64,000 nucleotides of DNA from Octopus vulgaris. Taxonomy: Eukaryota. A program made the translations under genes and the position numbers. A model generated the notes under the pieces. It saw only the letters and a list, made by a program, of their open reading frames with translations, had not been told where the DNA came from and did no database searches. The DNA is taken from NCBI GenBank assembly GCA_951406725.2, contig OX597831.1:12338001-12402000 (forward strand). The letters run 5' to 3'. This document shows positions 27,129-40,215 of the stretch, piece after piece (the first letter of the stretch is position 1; each line of letters opens with the position of its first letter).

Positions 27129-27971
27129 GTTGTTGTTGTTGTTGTTGTTGATGATGATGATGATTATCAAATCAAATAAAAAAAAATCTCAAAGGCAAAT
27201 ATTCCATCATGTATTGTAGTGTTGTTATTTTAAAGTAAACCCCAAGTTGGGTTTGTCTTGATCCCTAGGACTCGTGTGGCTGGAGGGAGCTGAACCCACT
27301 TCTCATAGCATATAAGTAACTGAGATTACAACAGTCCATTGCAGGTTTAACTTGTTGTCTATTGCTGGAACAACCCATTTGCAGTTGAGTGAAGTGTGGA
27401 GCAATGTTTTGAAATGAAATTAAATGTTTTGCTCGAGAACATTATGTGGTGCCCGATCGAGAAATCAAAGCCATCATCTTAGATCAAGAGACAAAGTTGA
27501 CCACAACAGGATTCCGAAGTCAGAGTAAAAAGAGCCACACAGAAGAAATACCACAAAACAGACAACTGGAGCCAGGTGCAGCCCTCATGAATGCCAGCTC
27601 CTATCAAACTGTCCAACTCAAGCCAGATGGAAAACAGATGTCAAATGATGATGATGATGGTGATGTATATCTGATTGAGTCTCCTTGTCTTGACTTAATG
27701 TGATAATTGTTAACAAGTGTCACCGTCAAACGAATGATGATGTACATTTTCAGTCGTCCTTAAAAACATGTCTGATCACAATAAATTATTATTTTGCTTG
27801 GAAACAGATGAGATTTGGTGAGTGGAAGGGAAGGCATCCAGCTGTGAAAAACCAGCTTCAACAAATTCTGTCTGACCCATGCAAGCATGGAAAACTGGAC
27901 GTTAAGAAACAGTAATGGTGAATAGGTAAGTGTGCATAATATGTATTTAGAGGTAAGTGGAATAATAATAT

Positions 27972-28388
27972 GAAGTAATGTTTGTCTCCACATCACTATG
28001 GCTGTTTGATGTTACTACTGTTTAACCCCAGGCAGAGCCTCTGCCAGCTGTTTATTGGTGCCATCAGCACCTGGTGGGGCAAACCCCAACCATCTTCTAG
28101 TGGACAACAAGATCAGCAGACTGAATGGTCTCAGGCTATTTATGCCTATCTTCAGTGGTGAACATCTGATTGCTAGAGATAGCAGGAATTCACTCCAGCA
28201 TGCAATATACAGAAAACTAAATGATAATCAGTCACTGATCTTGCAACAAGCAAAGTAGCCAATTGGAAAATCTCTATAAAGGATGAAAGTAGTAACTATA
28301 CTGAGAAGTAATGTTTATTGCCACATCAATATGGCTGCTCGATGTTACTACCATTTAACCCCAGGCAGAGCCTCTGCCAGCTGGTTAT
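27972..28388 (+). repeat. ~84 bp direct repeat pair (27972-28055 and 28305-28388)
   Basis: GAAGTAATGTTT...CCACATCA.TATGGCTG...TTTAACCCCAGGCAGAGCCTCTGCCAGCTG occurs in both. Confidence 0.85.
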
Positions 28389-28469
28389 CTGAGCAATCTG
28401 CATTCAGTATATATTGCAAGCAGGTATAATAATAAATTTGTCAAACAAAAAAGAAGAAAAAAATAGAAA

Positions 28470-29400
28470 CTAGTGGGAATGTGGCAATTGGCCACATTAC
28501 TCCTGTTACTAAGAAGGTGCTCTGTATAATATCAGTGAAAGACTTGAGCCAATTGTGGATGCTGAGAAAAAGAGGGTTCAGGAAAGATGGAGAATGGGAC
28601 AATCAAATTTACTTCAATCTCTGTTATGCAACAATCAAATAAAATCCATTCAACAAGGGTCCTATATATCATTGATTTTGACAAAAAGGATAAAGCATTT
28701 GGTAGCATTTCCCACAAAAATCTTAGCTAAAATTACGAAGAAATTTGGTATATCCCAGTGATACACGTATATATTCTTGGAAAATAAAGAGAACATCACT
28801 TGTTAAGTAATGATTCAGTGAGCTTAGCATACCTTTCTAAATAAATTCAAGAATGCTTCAGAACGGTATGTTATCACCAGTATTTTTTTCAATTGGTTAT
28901 TGATTTTGTGATGAGAAAAATATTGGACAGAGGAAATTATGGGATAGACTGTGTTAGTAGAAGAAAATTATGTGACTTGGATTGTGTTGATGACAGTAAT
29001 TATGGAACAGATGCAGGAAATTCTAAATAGCTTAGTTACTGAAGAGGGAAAAAGGTAAAGGTTGGGTTGGCACTTATTAAAAATGGAAGACAGATAATGA
29101 GAGTCTAGAATAACAAATGCCTTTATTGCCAAATAATATGAGAAAGGATTGGAGCAACAGAGAGCTATAATTATTTCGACACAACTGTAACTAATAATGG
29201 TTCCTTTCCAAGAAAATTTCTAGAGGCTAAAGAGGTTCAAACAAGCAATGGCTATATTGAAACTAGAATGGATTCCAAATATGATATCAGGATATACCAA
29301 AATAAAACTTTAGAATTTTATATGACTCTTGTATGAACTACTTTCATTTTGCACATTCATCGGAGTAGAGCATAGTAAGTACTGATGTATAAACTCTTAA
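28470..29400 (+). mobile_element. Decayed RTE-like LINE reverse transcriptase fragment
   Basis: Broken frames give ECGNW..IT, ISERLEPIVD, GFRK, KAFGSI and LSP..FQLVIDFVMRKILDRGNYGIDCVSRRKLCDLDCVDD (YADD-like). Confidence 0.8.
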
Positions 29401-29649
29401 CTTCTGAAGACTGTGTGGTTAAGAAGTTTGTTTCTGAGTCATACAGTTTTGGGATCAGCCCCACTGTGAGGTATCTTGGGCAGGTGTTTCCAACTATAGC
29501 CTTAAGCTAACCAAAGCCTCAGGTGGGCTGGTAAAAAGTATCTGTGCTGGTGCAATGTAAAAAGCATCCAGTACACTCTGTAAAATGGATGGCATTAAGA
29601 AGGGCATCCAGCCATAGAAACTTTACCAAAACTGACCGACAATTGGACC

Positions 29650-29815
29650 CAGGGCCGGCCCTAGGGTTGCTGGCACCCCGGGCAAGCTGAACTTCGGTGT
29701 GTACAAGCTGATAGTTGTGGAAATTTCATTATCTTTGTCATGCCCTCCTTGGCACTCCTTAGCACATGGTGCCCTAGGCAACTGCCCTAGTTGCCAGTAC
29801 CTTGAGCCGGCCCTG
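29650..29815. mobile_element. GC-rich hAT-type MITE nested in a (GAT)n-tailed repeat
   Basis: CAGGGCCGGC ... GCCGGCCCTG TIRs with an imperfect 8-bp duplication TTGGAC/GCC. The host repeat resumes after it. Confidence 0.75.
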
Positions 29816-30279
29816 TTGGAGCCTGGTGCAACTTCTATCGACCAGTTCAAACCATGCCAGTATGGGAAATGGATGTTAGATGATGATGACATACGTGTAA
29901 ATGTGTATCTCCTTATCTTGACATTGTGTGATAGTCATAAGGGAGGGTCACCATCATTCAAATAGTGTAATGTTTCCAGTCTCTCACAAAAACATGTCCA
30001 GCCAAGAGAAAATATCACCTTACCTGAAAACAGGTGAGGGTTAGCAACAGGAAAGGCATCTAAGCGCAGAAATCTGATTGAGCCACACAAATATGTGGGA
30101 ATGAAACTGATGAGGATGATGATGTAGCTTAGTCAGATGTTGTAAATATTTTAGTTATATTATCAAAATAGAGATAAATGAGCCATGTGCTCAGAGGAGA
30201 AGAAAGATTTATAAGGCAAATTTTCAGCATGACAACCTGTGGAAAGGAGAAAACCCAGTAGAATAAGAGAATGAAGAAT

Positions 30280-30510
30280 GCTGTGAGTTGGCAGAATTGT
30301 TAGCATGCCGGGCGAAATGCTTAGCGGTATTTCGTGTGCCACTACGTTCTGAGTTCAAATTCTGCCGAGGTCAATTTTGCCTTTCATCCTTTTGGGGTCG
30401 ATTAAATAAGTACCAGTTAAGCACTGGGGTCGATGTAATCGACTTAATCCGTTTGTCTGTCCTTGTTTGTTCCCTCTGTGTTTAGCCCCTTGTGGGTAGT
30501 AAAGAAATAA
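30280..30510 (+). mobile_element. tRNA-derived SINE family B, near intact with target-site duplication
   Basis: GAG.TGGCAGAA..TTAGCA head, B box GAGTTCAAATTC and central TTGCCTTTCATCCTTT.GGGGTCGAT..ATAAGTACCAG. Flanked by AGAATAAGAGAATGAAGA / AGAATAAGAGAAAGATGA. Other copies at ~235-450, 500-665, 1260-1362, 1725-1950, 21310-21525, 26905-27128, 34375-34720 (-) and 16735-16955 (+). Confidence 0.85.
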
Positions 30511-30852
30511 GAATAAGAGAAAGATGATGAAAGAAGTTGGAAGTCATAATAAGATGCGACTGAAACACGATTCACAGTTGTCTCCTGCACACAAGGAAAT
30601 ATAATATTATCATTGACTAATATTGCTTTTAGCTTTTTTTTTATTGCTGCATAATTATTTCTTGTTGACTGTTTAATGTTTCCTGCATTAAACATGTTAC
30701 AACTAACTTAACTTTTGTCATGAAAATCTAACTGAAAATCTTTTTTTTGCATTTGGTGTACAAATTTTGAAATCTTTATTTAGATTTAAATACTGATTTG
30801 AATAAAAAAAAAAGATTAAAAATAAATACATACATATATATATATATATATA

Positions 30853-31229
30853 GGCACAGGTGTGGCTATGTGGTAAGAAGCTTGCCATGGTTCTGGATTC
30901 AGTTCCACTGCATGGCACCTTGGGCAAGTGATTTCTACTATAGCCTCAGGCTGACCAGAGCCTTGTGAATGAATTTGGTAGATGGAAACTGAAAGAAGCC
31001 TGTTGTGTATATATACATATTTGTGCGTGTGTGTGTTTGTCCCCTACCCCCCCAACATTGCTTGACAACCAGTGTCAGTGTGTTTACGTCCCCGTAACTT
31101 AGCAGCTTGGCAAATAAGGACCAATAGAATAAGTACTAGGCTTACAAAGAATAAGTCCTGGGTCGATTTGTTCAACTAAAGGTGGTGCTCCAGCATGGCC
31201 ACAGTCAAATGACTGAAACAAATAAAAGA
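30853..31229 (+). mobile_element. SINE family A
   Basis: Head, body and tail motifs are all present. Confidence 0.85.
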
Positions 31230-32130
31230 ATATACAAAAGTCTGACACCTAATCACCTCATTTTCATCTCTTTCCAGTTCCACCTCAACCAATCCAACTC
31301 TCTCTTCTATAAAGTAAGTTTTCTGGCTCCCCTACAGCAAAAAACCTATTCTGTTTTGGCCCCTTCTCTATCACTTTAATCTCTCATCCCAGGGCATAAA
31401 GCTTTCTTGCTCTTTACTGTATCCCTACTCAGATGAAGGGAATCTTAAGCTTGCAAGCCAAATGGTAATCTCACTTGTGCTGGAGGCACATAAAAGGCAC
31501 CCTGTACACTCTCTAAAGTGGTTGGCATTAGGAAGGGTATCCAGCCATAGAAACCAGGCAAAAACAGACACTGCAGTCTTCAGACCCACTGGATCCTGTC
31601 AAGCTGTTCAGCCCATACCAGCATGGACTATGAATGTTAAATGATTATGATGATGATGAATGACGATGATATGAAAATACGGTAAATTATGAAGCAAAGT
31701 TAATGTTAACAGAATTAATGTATTTTATTAATTATTTCCTTCAGTCTAACAATTATTAATATTGCTTTGTGGTGTATCTGAGAGATTAAGCCACCTCCAA
31801 AGTTCTTTTGTGTGTATTGATTGTAATTGTACTTTATATGTAGATCAGCTCTGATTAAACAGACTTATGATCATTGTAGCCATGACAAAACTCTCTGATG
31901 AAGCAAGCCCTAACATCAAAAGGCATGCTGGCAGTGACCATCCTGTTTAGTTAGCCAAACTGAGTGTATCTAGAATTACACACTAAAAAAACACACACAC
32001 ACACACAAAAAAAAAAACCCAGTGGCATGGTGTCGGTTACAATAATGGAACAGCCTGCTCGTGAAATTAACATGTAAGTGGCTGAATACTCCGAAGACAT
32101 CCATACACATAATGTAGTTCCCAGAGAGAT

Positions 32131-32481
32131 CACTGCCTTTAGTCGAGCAAATCGACCACAGGAATTATTCTTTGTAAGCTTAGTACTTATTCTACTGGTG
32201 TCTTTTGCTGAACTGCTAAGTTACGGGGATGTAAATACACCAGTATAGTTTGTCAAGTGATGTTGTGGTGGTGGTGGGGGGACAGAGGCACACATACACA
32301 CACACACACATATATACATGATGGGCTTCTTTCAGTTTCTGTCTACCAAATGCACTCACAAAGCTTTGGTCAGCTCGAGGCTATATCAAAAGATATTTAC
32401 CCAAGGTGACACACAGTGGGACTGAACCCATAACCATGTGGCTAGAAAGCAAGCTACTTACCACACAGCCACTCCTGCACC
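32131..32481 (-). mobile_element. SINE family A
   Basis: Collinear with other copies; head-to-head with the 33028 copy. Confidence 0.85.
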
Positions 32482-32605
32482 TATATCGATTTGTTTTATC
32501 CTTTATTTGTCTCAGTCACTAGGCTACACCTGTGCTGGGGAACAACTTGAAGGGTCTTAGAAGAATGAATTAACTCCAGTATGCACACAGCTCTCTCTCA
32601 CTGTA

Positions 32606-32639
<34 letters not shown>

Positions 32640-32995
32640 CGTGTGTGTGTCAATTATTAATTGATTTATCTCTATTTTTTTTGCTTGTATATATATATAT
32701 ATATAGTTAGGGTATATTCTGTGAAGAATGTAGTAGAGCACAGTATAAAGCTTGTCCACCTTCAGAATTCACCTTCTGCTATCCAGTAGTAGTATTCTAC
32801 ACATTTCCAGGTTTGTGTTTGGGCATCTGTCGTATGTGAACAGGTAATTGAAAAAACACAACTAGATCTCATAATGCAGGGAAACAGTTGCATAATCAAG
32901 TACCTGCATGCTTGGAGAACTACATTGCATGGAAACAATTGTAGTGATTAAAACAATATGTCCAGTCATACTTCTTGTTGACTCCAAATGTTTTC

Positions 32996-33027
<32 letters not shown>

Positions 33028-33415
33028 GGCGCAGGAGTGGCTGTGTGGTAAGTAGCTTGCTAACCAACCACATGGTTCCGGGTTCAGTCCCAGTGCGTGG
33101 CATCTTGGGCAAGTGTCTTCTGCTATAGCCCTGGGCCGACCAATGCCTTGTGAGTGGATTTGGTACACGGAAACTGAATGAAGCCTGTCGTATATATGTA
33201 TATATATATATGTATGGGTGTTTGTTTGTGTGTCTGTGTTTGTCCCCCTAGCATTGCTTGACAACTGATGCTGGTGTGTTTAGAGACCGATAGAATAAGT
33301 ACTGGGCTTACAAAAAGAATAAGTCCCGGGGTCGAGTTGCTCGATTAAAGGTGGTGCTCCAGCATGGTCGCAGTCAAATGACTGAAACAAGTAAAAGAGA
33401 AATAAAGAGAGAAAG
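33028..33415 (+). mobile_element. SINE family A with a small internal deletion
   Basis: Starts GGCGCAGGAGTGGCTGTGTGG after (TA)n and lacks the CGTCCCCGTAACTTAGC segment. Confidence 0.9.
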
Positions 33416-33446
<31 letters not shown>

Positions 33447-33852
33447 CGAAATGCCATGTAGTGTGACTGAACCTGGAATGATGTGACTGGGAAGTAAACT
33501 TCTTAACCAACAGCCATGCCTGCACCTATATATCTACTTCGTTTCAATAAATAAACTATGGCTTAACCTTATTCCTGATGTATGTTAATCAACATTTTCC
33601 TTCAAAACACAAGAGATGAACAAAGAACAGTTCATAGACAGGAATCTAATTTGCTACAGTTTGTGCCAAAAACAAAATTGAAATATGACATGAAACAACA
33701 TTTTTCTTTTTTTTTAAATGTCTTTGATACAGTCACATACACTGACTGTAAAGGAAGTTAAATGAAAAACATCTTGGAATGAACAGATGAGGAAATAAAA
33801 CAGTGGAAGAAGGATCATAAACTACAGTGTATTATTATTATTAACATTATTA

Positions 33853-33901
<49 letters not shown>

Positions 33902-36599
33902 TTTATGTATAATTTATTATTAGAATAATCTTTTGAAATGGATAATAAGGAAATTTCAATTAGTGAATAAATTGTTTTCAATGTCAATGAATTAGTTGAC
34001 TGAGATAGTCAACAAATTTTACTTTCAAATGATATCGCTTAGATATTCTATTTTTACTCTACAACGGACTGGACTGAGTACAGTGAAATGAAAAAGCTGC
34101 AAGCGAGGTGATTAACAGAACTTGGAAAATAGAATGAGTGGACAAAAAACAAACAAAGAAACAAAAACAGTAGTGTGGTTAGAGATATCACTGCTGCTGG
34201 TTTCTAGCAGACACAAGGCCTTGAATTTGAGAAAGGAATCCAGTAAATTCTCGATATTTTTATTGCATTTTAAAAAATATTTTTCAAGAGTTGACAAAAT
34301 AAAAAAAGACTAGAAGGCTTCTAGTCCTTTTTTATCCTTCAAGAGTTGACAAAATAAACACAGAATGCAAAGCATTTTGTCTGCAGGGTAAGTCAGTTAC
34401 ATCAACCCTGGTGTTTGACTGGTCCCCGCCCCCAAAGGTAAAGTTGATCTCAATGGTATTTGCTTAGAATGTTAAGAGCCAGAAGAAATGCCACTAAGCA
34501 TTTTACCCAGTTCAGTTTTGGATTTAGGGCACAAGACAAGCAATTTAAGGGGTGTTAGTTGATACTAATGACCTAAGTATTTGATTAGTGCTTTTGTTTA
34601 TCAACACCCTGGAGAAATGAATGACAAAAGTCACATCAGGATTTGAACACAAAACCTAAACATTTAGAAGAAATATCACTCTAATGATTCTCCTGAACCT
34701 TTTGTTTTTAATATGTGAGACAAGGTCTGAAATCTGAAGGGTGGGAGTTTTGTTGATTTCTGTAACTGAGTGTACTTTGTCAGCTTTTATTAACTGATAA
34801 GTTAACATCAGGTATACATGGTTTATCTGGGATATATTGGAGGAATTTGTCTAGGAATTGTTTGAATGTTATGAGGTTTTTTTCTTCTTCTCTTATGTCT
34901 TGGTATGACGTCAAAGAGAAAAGGACCAATTGAAGTGAAATAGTTCTGACTTAGTGTTGTGATGTGAACAGTTAAATGAAAAGCTGAAAGTGAGGTGATT
35001 AGCAGAAGTTGGAAAATAAAACAAGTTGACAGAATGAGTGGACAATTCTGGTAGAGAACAGATGGTGCAGGGACCAAGCTTAGAGTGCATTTTGAAGTTG
35101 ATGCCAAAATCCTTTGGGCAATGTTGATGGAATATTTTCCACATCATGCAAACAATATAGAACTCACAGTGGAATTAGAGAGAATAAAGTTTGAGCTTCT
35201 CAAACTGATCCCAATAATCAAGATCATTTTAATTTATTTGATCCTACCCATAAAGATATTGGTCAACCTGAGGCTGTGGCAGAAGACACTTGGCCAAGAT
35301 ATTGTGCTGTGGAATTAAACTTGGAACCAACCAATAGTTGTGAGACAAACTTCTTAATCATGCAGCTATGGCTGTTCTCATATGAGTAAATATATTTTTG
35401 TGAATATAATTGGGGTTTTTTTTTTCTCCTTTTATTAGATGTGATATCTAATACGATTTTGGTTATCCACAGAAGTAGTTTATATCATCAAGAAAGTTTG
35501 TGCCTTGATATTTTGACAAGAAGAAGAAAAATCCATGCCGACATGGATATTTACTAATGAAAAGAAAGACACAGAAACTGTGAAACAAAATATTTGAAAT
35601 AAGACTCTTTTTACACAGTCTGTTGAACATTTAAAAGCAAAAATTCCAAATTTAATATTAGACACACGCCATTAATAAAAAAAAAAAGAAACAATGCAAT
35701 TCAAGTTATATTGAAAATTGTTAAATTTAATTCTCTAAAGCTATCAACACTAATGCAAATAACTATTTAAAACAATTCTTCATGGAAATTAATTCTAATA
35801 AAATTACAAAAGAGATCAATGCTAAGTATTATCTGTCTTTTTGCTAATGTTCAATTTGATGCATACACAACTATGCTTGTGAGTGAACGTGTAGAAATTC
35901 AATTAACACTTTGCTTGGCAAAACAGTTTTGATTTATATGGGAAAGTATTGATTTCTTATATAACCAAAAAGTTTTGGAAGAGGGAACAGACGATTCTAC
36001 AGACCATATCTCTCCTTGACATTGGACTAGTACTTTATTTTTTTGAGCCCATTTCACCCCCAGAAGGGGGAAAAGCAATACTGGCAAAATTTAAACTGAG
36101 AATGTAAAAGAACACAACTAAATAATGGAGAGTGTTTAGTTCAATGAATGTTAATACACAGAAATAACGTGCTGGAAGCCAAAATTTAAAAATCACTAAT
36201 TGTATCAGCTTCATAAAAACATTTTAGTTTCTTTGGATCTTACATAGTGTCAATCTCTCCCACTTATTTTGGATACCATCTAGTTGTTTTTGTTAGTACT
36301 AGGTTAGTTCCATTGAGCATATGTTTGATCAAAAGCATTCCAGCCACACCCATCCAGTCATTTTATTTTCAGGTATAATGTATTTAATATTCATTTTTTA
36401 AGTGTATCTCTACAGATTTTCAACAGAAATTAGAGCCAGCATCGAAAGTTACTAAGTTTCATTTATAAATACAAATACGTAAAAAATGCAACTGAAAAAA
36501 GAAAAATAGATAATTAGTGTACATGCACATTTCAGGAGTTATTACTTCTTCTTCAGTATCACATCCAACCCATTAACCATCCATGAACACATTGCTTAA

Positions 36600-36816
36600 C
36601 CCTTTCATTGCTGTATTTATTTTGTTCTGTGTTTCTTTCAATTAATGTTAAATATAACAAAGAATTTAGTAAAATAACTTAGTTATCATTAACCTAGTGT
36701 TAGAAACATAAATTGTGATTAAGGTTTGGTAGAAGATTTTAATTCAAAACTTATGGGAACAAGACACTTGCACTACAGAGCCAGAGGTGGTTTCAGCCGA
36801 TTTGGTATCGAAAGGG
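36600..36816. mobile_element. piggyBac-type MITE
   Basis: TTAA|CCCTTTC ... GAAAGGG|TTAA. A diverged second copy at ~45393-45577 shares ATAACAAAGAATTTAGTAAAATAA. Confidence 0.8.
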
Positions 36817-37194
36817 TTAAATAGCCAGCAAATACAGCAGTGTAACACTATTGGACAGACCAGTATGGCAACTGGTATGCACATACTGATTGTTGGTAGG
36901 GATGCTGTATTTTGTTTTGCAATCATAATATACTATGAAGATTATTAAAGGTTTAAAATGTATCTAATAATTCATTATCTAATGTAGCCATAGGTAGCAT
37001 CTTCCTTTAAGAAGATGAAGTAAGATTTTTAAGGAAAATTGGTTATTTCTAACTGTTTGAATAACTAAATACAAACTCCTTTATTATTAATGCCAAGTTC
37101 TTTTTCAAAATGTATGTTGAGAAGTTAAACTGTCCCAACCCTTGCCAGCATGGAAAACAGATGTATGATGATGATGATGAGCCATTTTCTTTTC

Positions 37195-37405
37195 AAAATA
37201 GCTATCATTTCTGACCAAGCAAACCTATGATCAAACAGGTTCTATCCATGACCATCCCATCCTACCAAATATAGTGTATCTTGGTCTACACAATCCAATG
37301 TGATCCTCTCTTTTCAAGACAGTAGAGTGTGGCTTGACATATATTTTTGTTTTGTTTTGGCTGCTATTTCTTGCAGTTCCATCAAGTATGTAGAGGCTTC
37401 CTCAT
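37195..37405 (+). repeat. Representative of an old, abundant interspersed repeat (family F)
   Basis: AAGCA.ACCTATGATCAAA...CCATGACCATCC...TTTGGCTGCTATTTCT...GTAGAGGCT motifs recur at ~1-230, 1380-1545, 23140-23340 (-) and 12140-12360, 15800-16000, 38010-38230, 50030-50330, 51410-51570 (+). Confidence 0.65.
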
Positions 37406-39810
37406 TTTCTCATTGCATGGATATAGAATCAGAAAGTGTTAAGAGGTGGCATGGAGGAAAAACGGGGTGGAGCCTTGTGGGTGGTGGGGTTTGAAAATGA
37501 AGACTTGATTGATGATGTTATTAGATTAAAACATGAAAAAAGATATGCCACAGCCACATACACACCGATTGGATACAAAACATGAGAGAAATAATCCTGT
37601 GTGTCTAAATTTGGTTTGGATGAATTATTATTAATCAATACCGATGGAATGACATTTGTTTGGAATGCTAACCTCAAGTTTCCCATATTGTAACACTAAC
37701 ATACATTTCAAACGATCATTATTATTATCATTATTGCAACCATTATTATTATAACTATTATTATTGTGGTGGTGGTGATTACGATGATGACGATGATGAT
37801 GATGAACAGTGAGCAAATCGTTTGAAATGAATTGTTTTATGAAGAAGAAAAGACAAGAGCAGCTCTGAAAAACTATTCTTCAGCAGAAGAATATGTTACA
37901 CTACAGCTCCAGGCAATCTGTTTAACCAATGCCAAAACAAAAAAAAAAAAAAAAGGATGAAATATTTGAATATTATAGAATATGTTACACAGTGGCTTTT
38001 AGACTGAGTCTAGTTGTTGCTGTTTAACCTCGAACCAACTCAGTTTCTGCAGACACAGTCAAATGGTATCTAATCTCTCTTCTTTTCAAAAATAGTGTTT
38101 CTAGTACTGCATTATTCAATGAGTTTCTCCTACCTTCTATTTTAAGACGGTAGGTTGTGAATTGAGGGACAATTTGTTACTTTTTCTCTCACAAATCGAG
38201 TAACTACTACTTGGTGGTTTCCTCATTAGCTTGAGTCAGTTTTGTCAAAATTTCTCTTAAACAGCAGTTTGATTGACAGAAAGTAAAATATAATTATTTA
38301 ATTAACTATACAGATGTTTACCTCATTTGTGCACCTTGAGTTTATGATTGGTTAGCTGTCATTCTTAATAATAATTGAACGACTACATTTTAAATTAGAA
38401 TTATGTTTAGTTTGTGGCAGGTAGTTTGCTGCCAGTTTTTATACTGATTAGCTTTGGCAATTAATCTTCTGCTCACCAACCCATTTGAAACAGCTAAGTG
38501 GGTGACTGTAAGAAGAATCCACCTAGGTATGCCTACCCGGTAACTTAAAAGTCGGTAATCCAAAAACTTCAAGCAAATAATAGTTTCAATATTGCTGTAC
38601 AGATAGGATGCAGCATGACTGAATGGTTAAGAAGTTTTCTTTGTAGTCACATTAGTATAAAGGAGCCGTGCAGGTGCCATGTATGAAGCACCCGTGGTGA
38701 TGCCCAGTACATTCTGTAAAGTGGTTAACATTAGGGAGGGCATCCAGTCATAGAAACTCTGTCAAACCAGACAATTTGGAGCCTGGCCAGCTCCTATCAA
38801 ACTGTCCAATCCATGCCAACATGGAAAACGGATGTTAAATGATGATGATGATGATGATAATGCTGAATGAAAGCCTTTGGTTGAAACTGTTGATTCTGAT
38901 GTCTATTTAATACAACAAGCCAAGGAAACCTCTACATACTCATTTCGTATGCTAGAAATGGTAGCTAGATATCCAAATCTCTCTCACATCAAACCCTACT
39001 ATCTTCACAAAAAAAAAAAAAGAAAAGGTTATATAAACACAGGCATGGCTTTGAGGGCAAAAGTTGGCTTCATACACACACACACACTTATTTGTAAAAT
39101 TTAGAAGTCAGTTATAATGGCAAGTGTCTGAGAGTTTCAAAATTTATATAATTGAAAATTTCTTTTCTCAAGTGACAGTACATATTGAATTTAAAAATGG
39201 AAAATTTCTGTGAACCTCTTAACAACTTTTACCTCGGGCCATTCATAATAAACGGCATGTTTTACATAGCTATTATTGAAAACTGGATAATGACAAGAAA
39301 CTATCAGAAATCCTTGAAATAAACATATATATTGGCATTTAAAATGTGTATTTTAATAGCTAGAGATTAAAAAAAAAAGTCTTTGCTGAACATTATAGGA
39401 TATTTTTTGATTTTATTACCCTCTGGACAACACTTTTTCTTGTTTTATTTATTTATCATTTCTTTTTTTTTACTTCAGTTTTTGCTTTTGTTTCAACACA
39501 ACTATAATTCTTTTTTCTAATAAACTGGAAAGAAATTTGTCTTCATTCTTTAGAAAGTAGCTTTTAATCATTTTTACGAAAATTGAAAAGAAGTTCACCA
39601 AAACAATTTTCTTAAATTACTAAAGTATTTTGCGTTGGTGTAAGCAATGATGTTGTGACATTAATGCCTCTCTTCTTGGCATTACTTATTCCAGTGTTAA
39701 TACGAACAACAACAGTAGGTATCATTAACTACAGTTTTTCACATGGTTGATATATTCTCTGAACAATTCAATTCTTTTACATCAATCTTTTACAATATTG
39801 TACACATATA

Positions 39811-40215
39811 GGTGTAGGAGTAGCTGTGTGGTAAGTAGCTTGCTTACTAACCACAGGGTTCCAGGTTCAGTCCCACTGCATGACACCTTGCGCAAGTGCC
39901 TTCTACTATAGCCTCGAGCTGACCAAAGCCTTGTGAGTGGATTTGATAGATGGAAACTGAAAGAAGCCCGTCGTATATATGTATATATATATATGTATGT
40001 TTATATGTTTGTGTGTCTGTATTTGTCCCCCCAACATCGCTTGACAACCGATGGTGGTATGTTTACGTCCCCGTAACTTAGCAGTTTGGCAAAAGAGACC
40101 GATAGAAAAAGTACTAGGCTTACAAAGAATAAGTCCTGGGGTCGATTTGCTTGACTAAAGGTGGTGCTCCAGCATGGCCACAGTCAAATGACTGAAACAA
40201 GTAAAAGAGTAAAAG
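39811..40215 (+). mobile_element. tRNA-derived SINE family A (octopus-type), near full length
   Basis: Pol III A box (TAGCTGTGTGG) and B box (GGTTCAGTCCC), a CORE-like CACCTTG.GCAAGTG segment, internal (TA)/(TG) microsatellite and GTAAAAGA tail. Roughly 20 copies or fragments occur in the window. Confidence 0.9.

Noticed and set aside
35439-35560. Plus-strand acceptor followed by a 38-codon open frame
   Set aside because: Antisense to the DGK gene, with no recognisable protein and no partner exons found.
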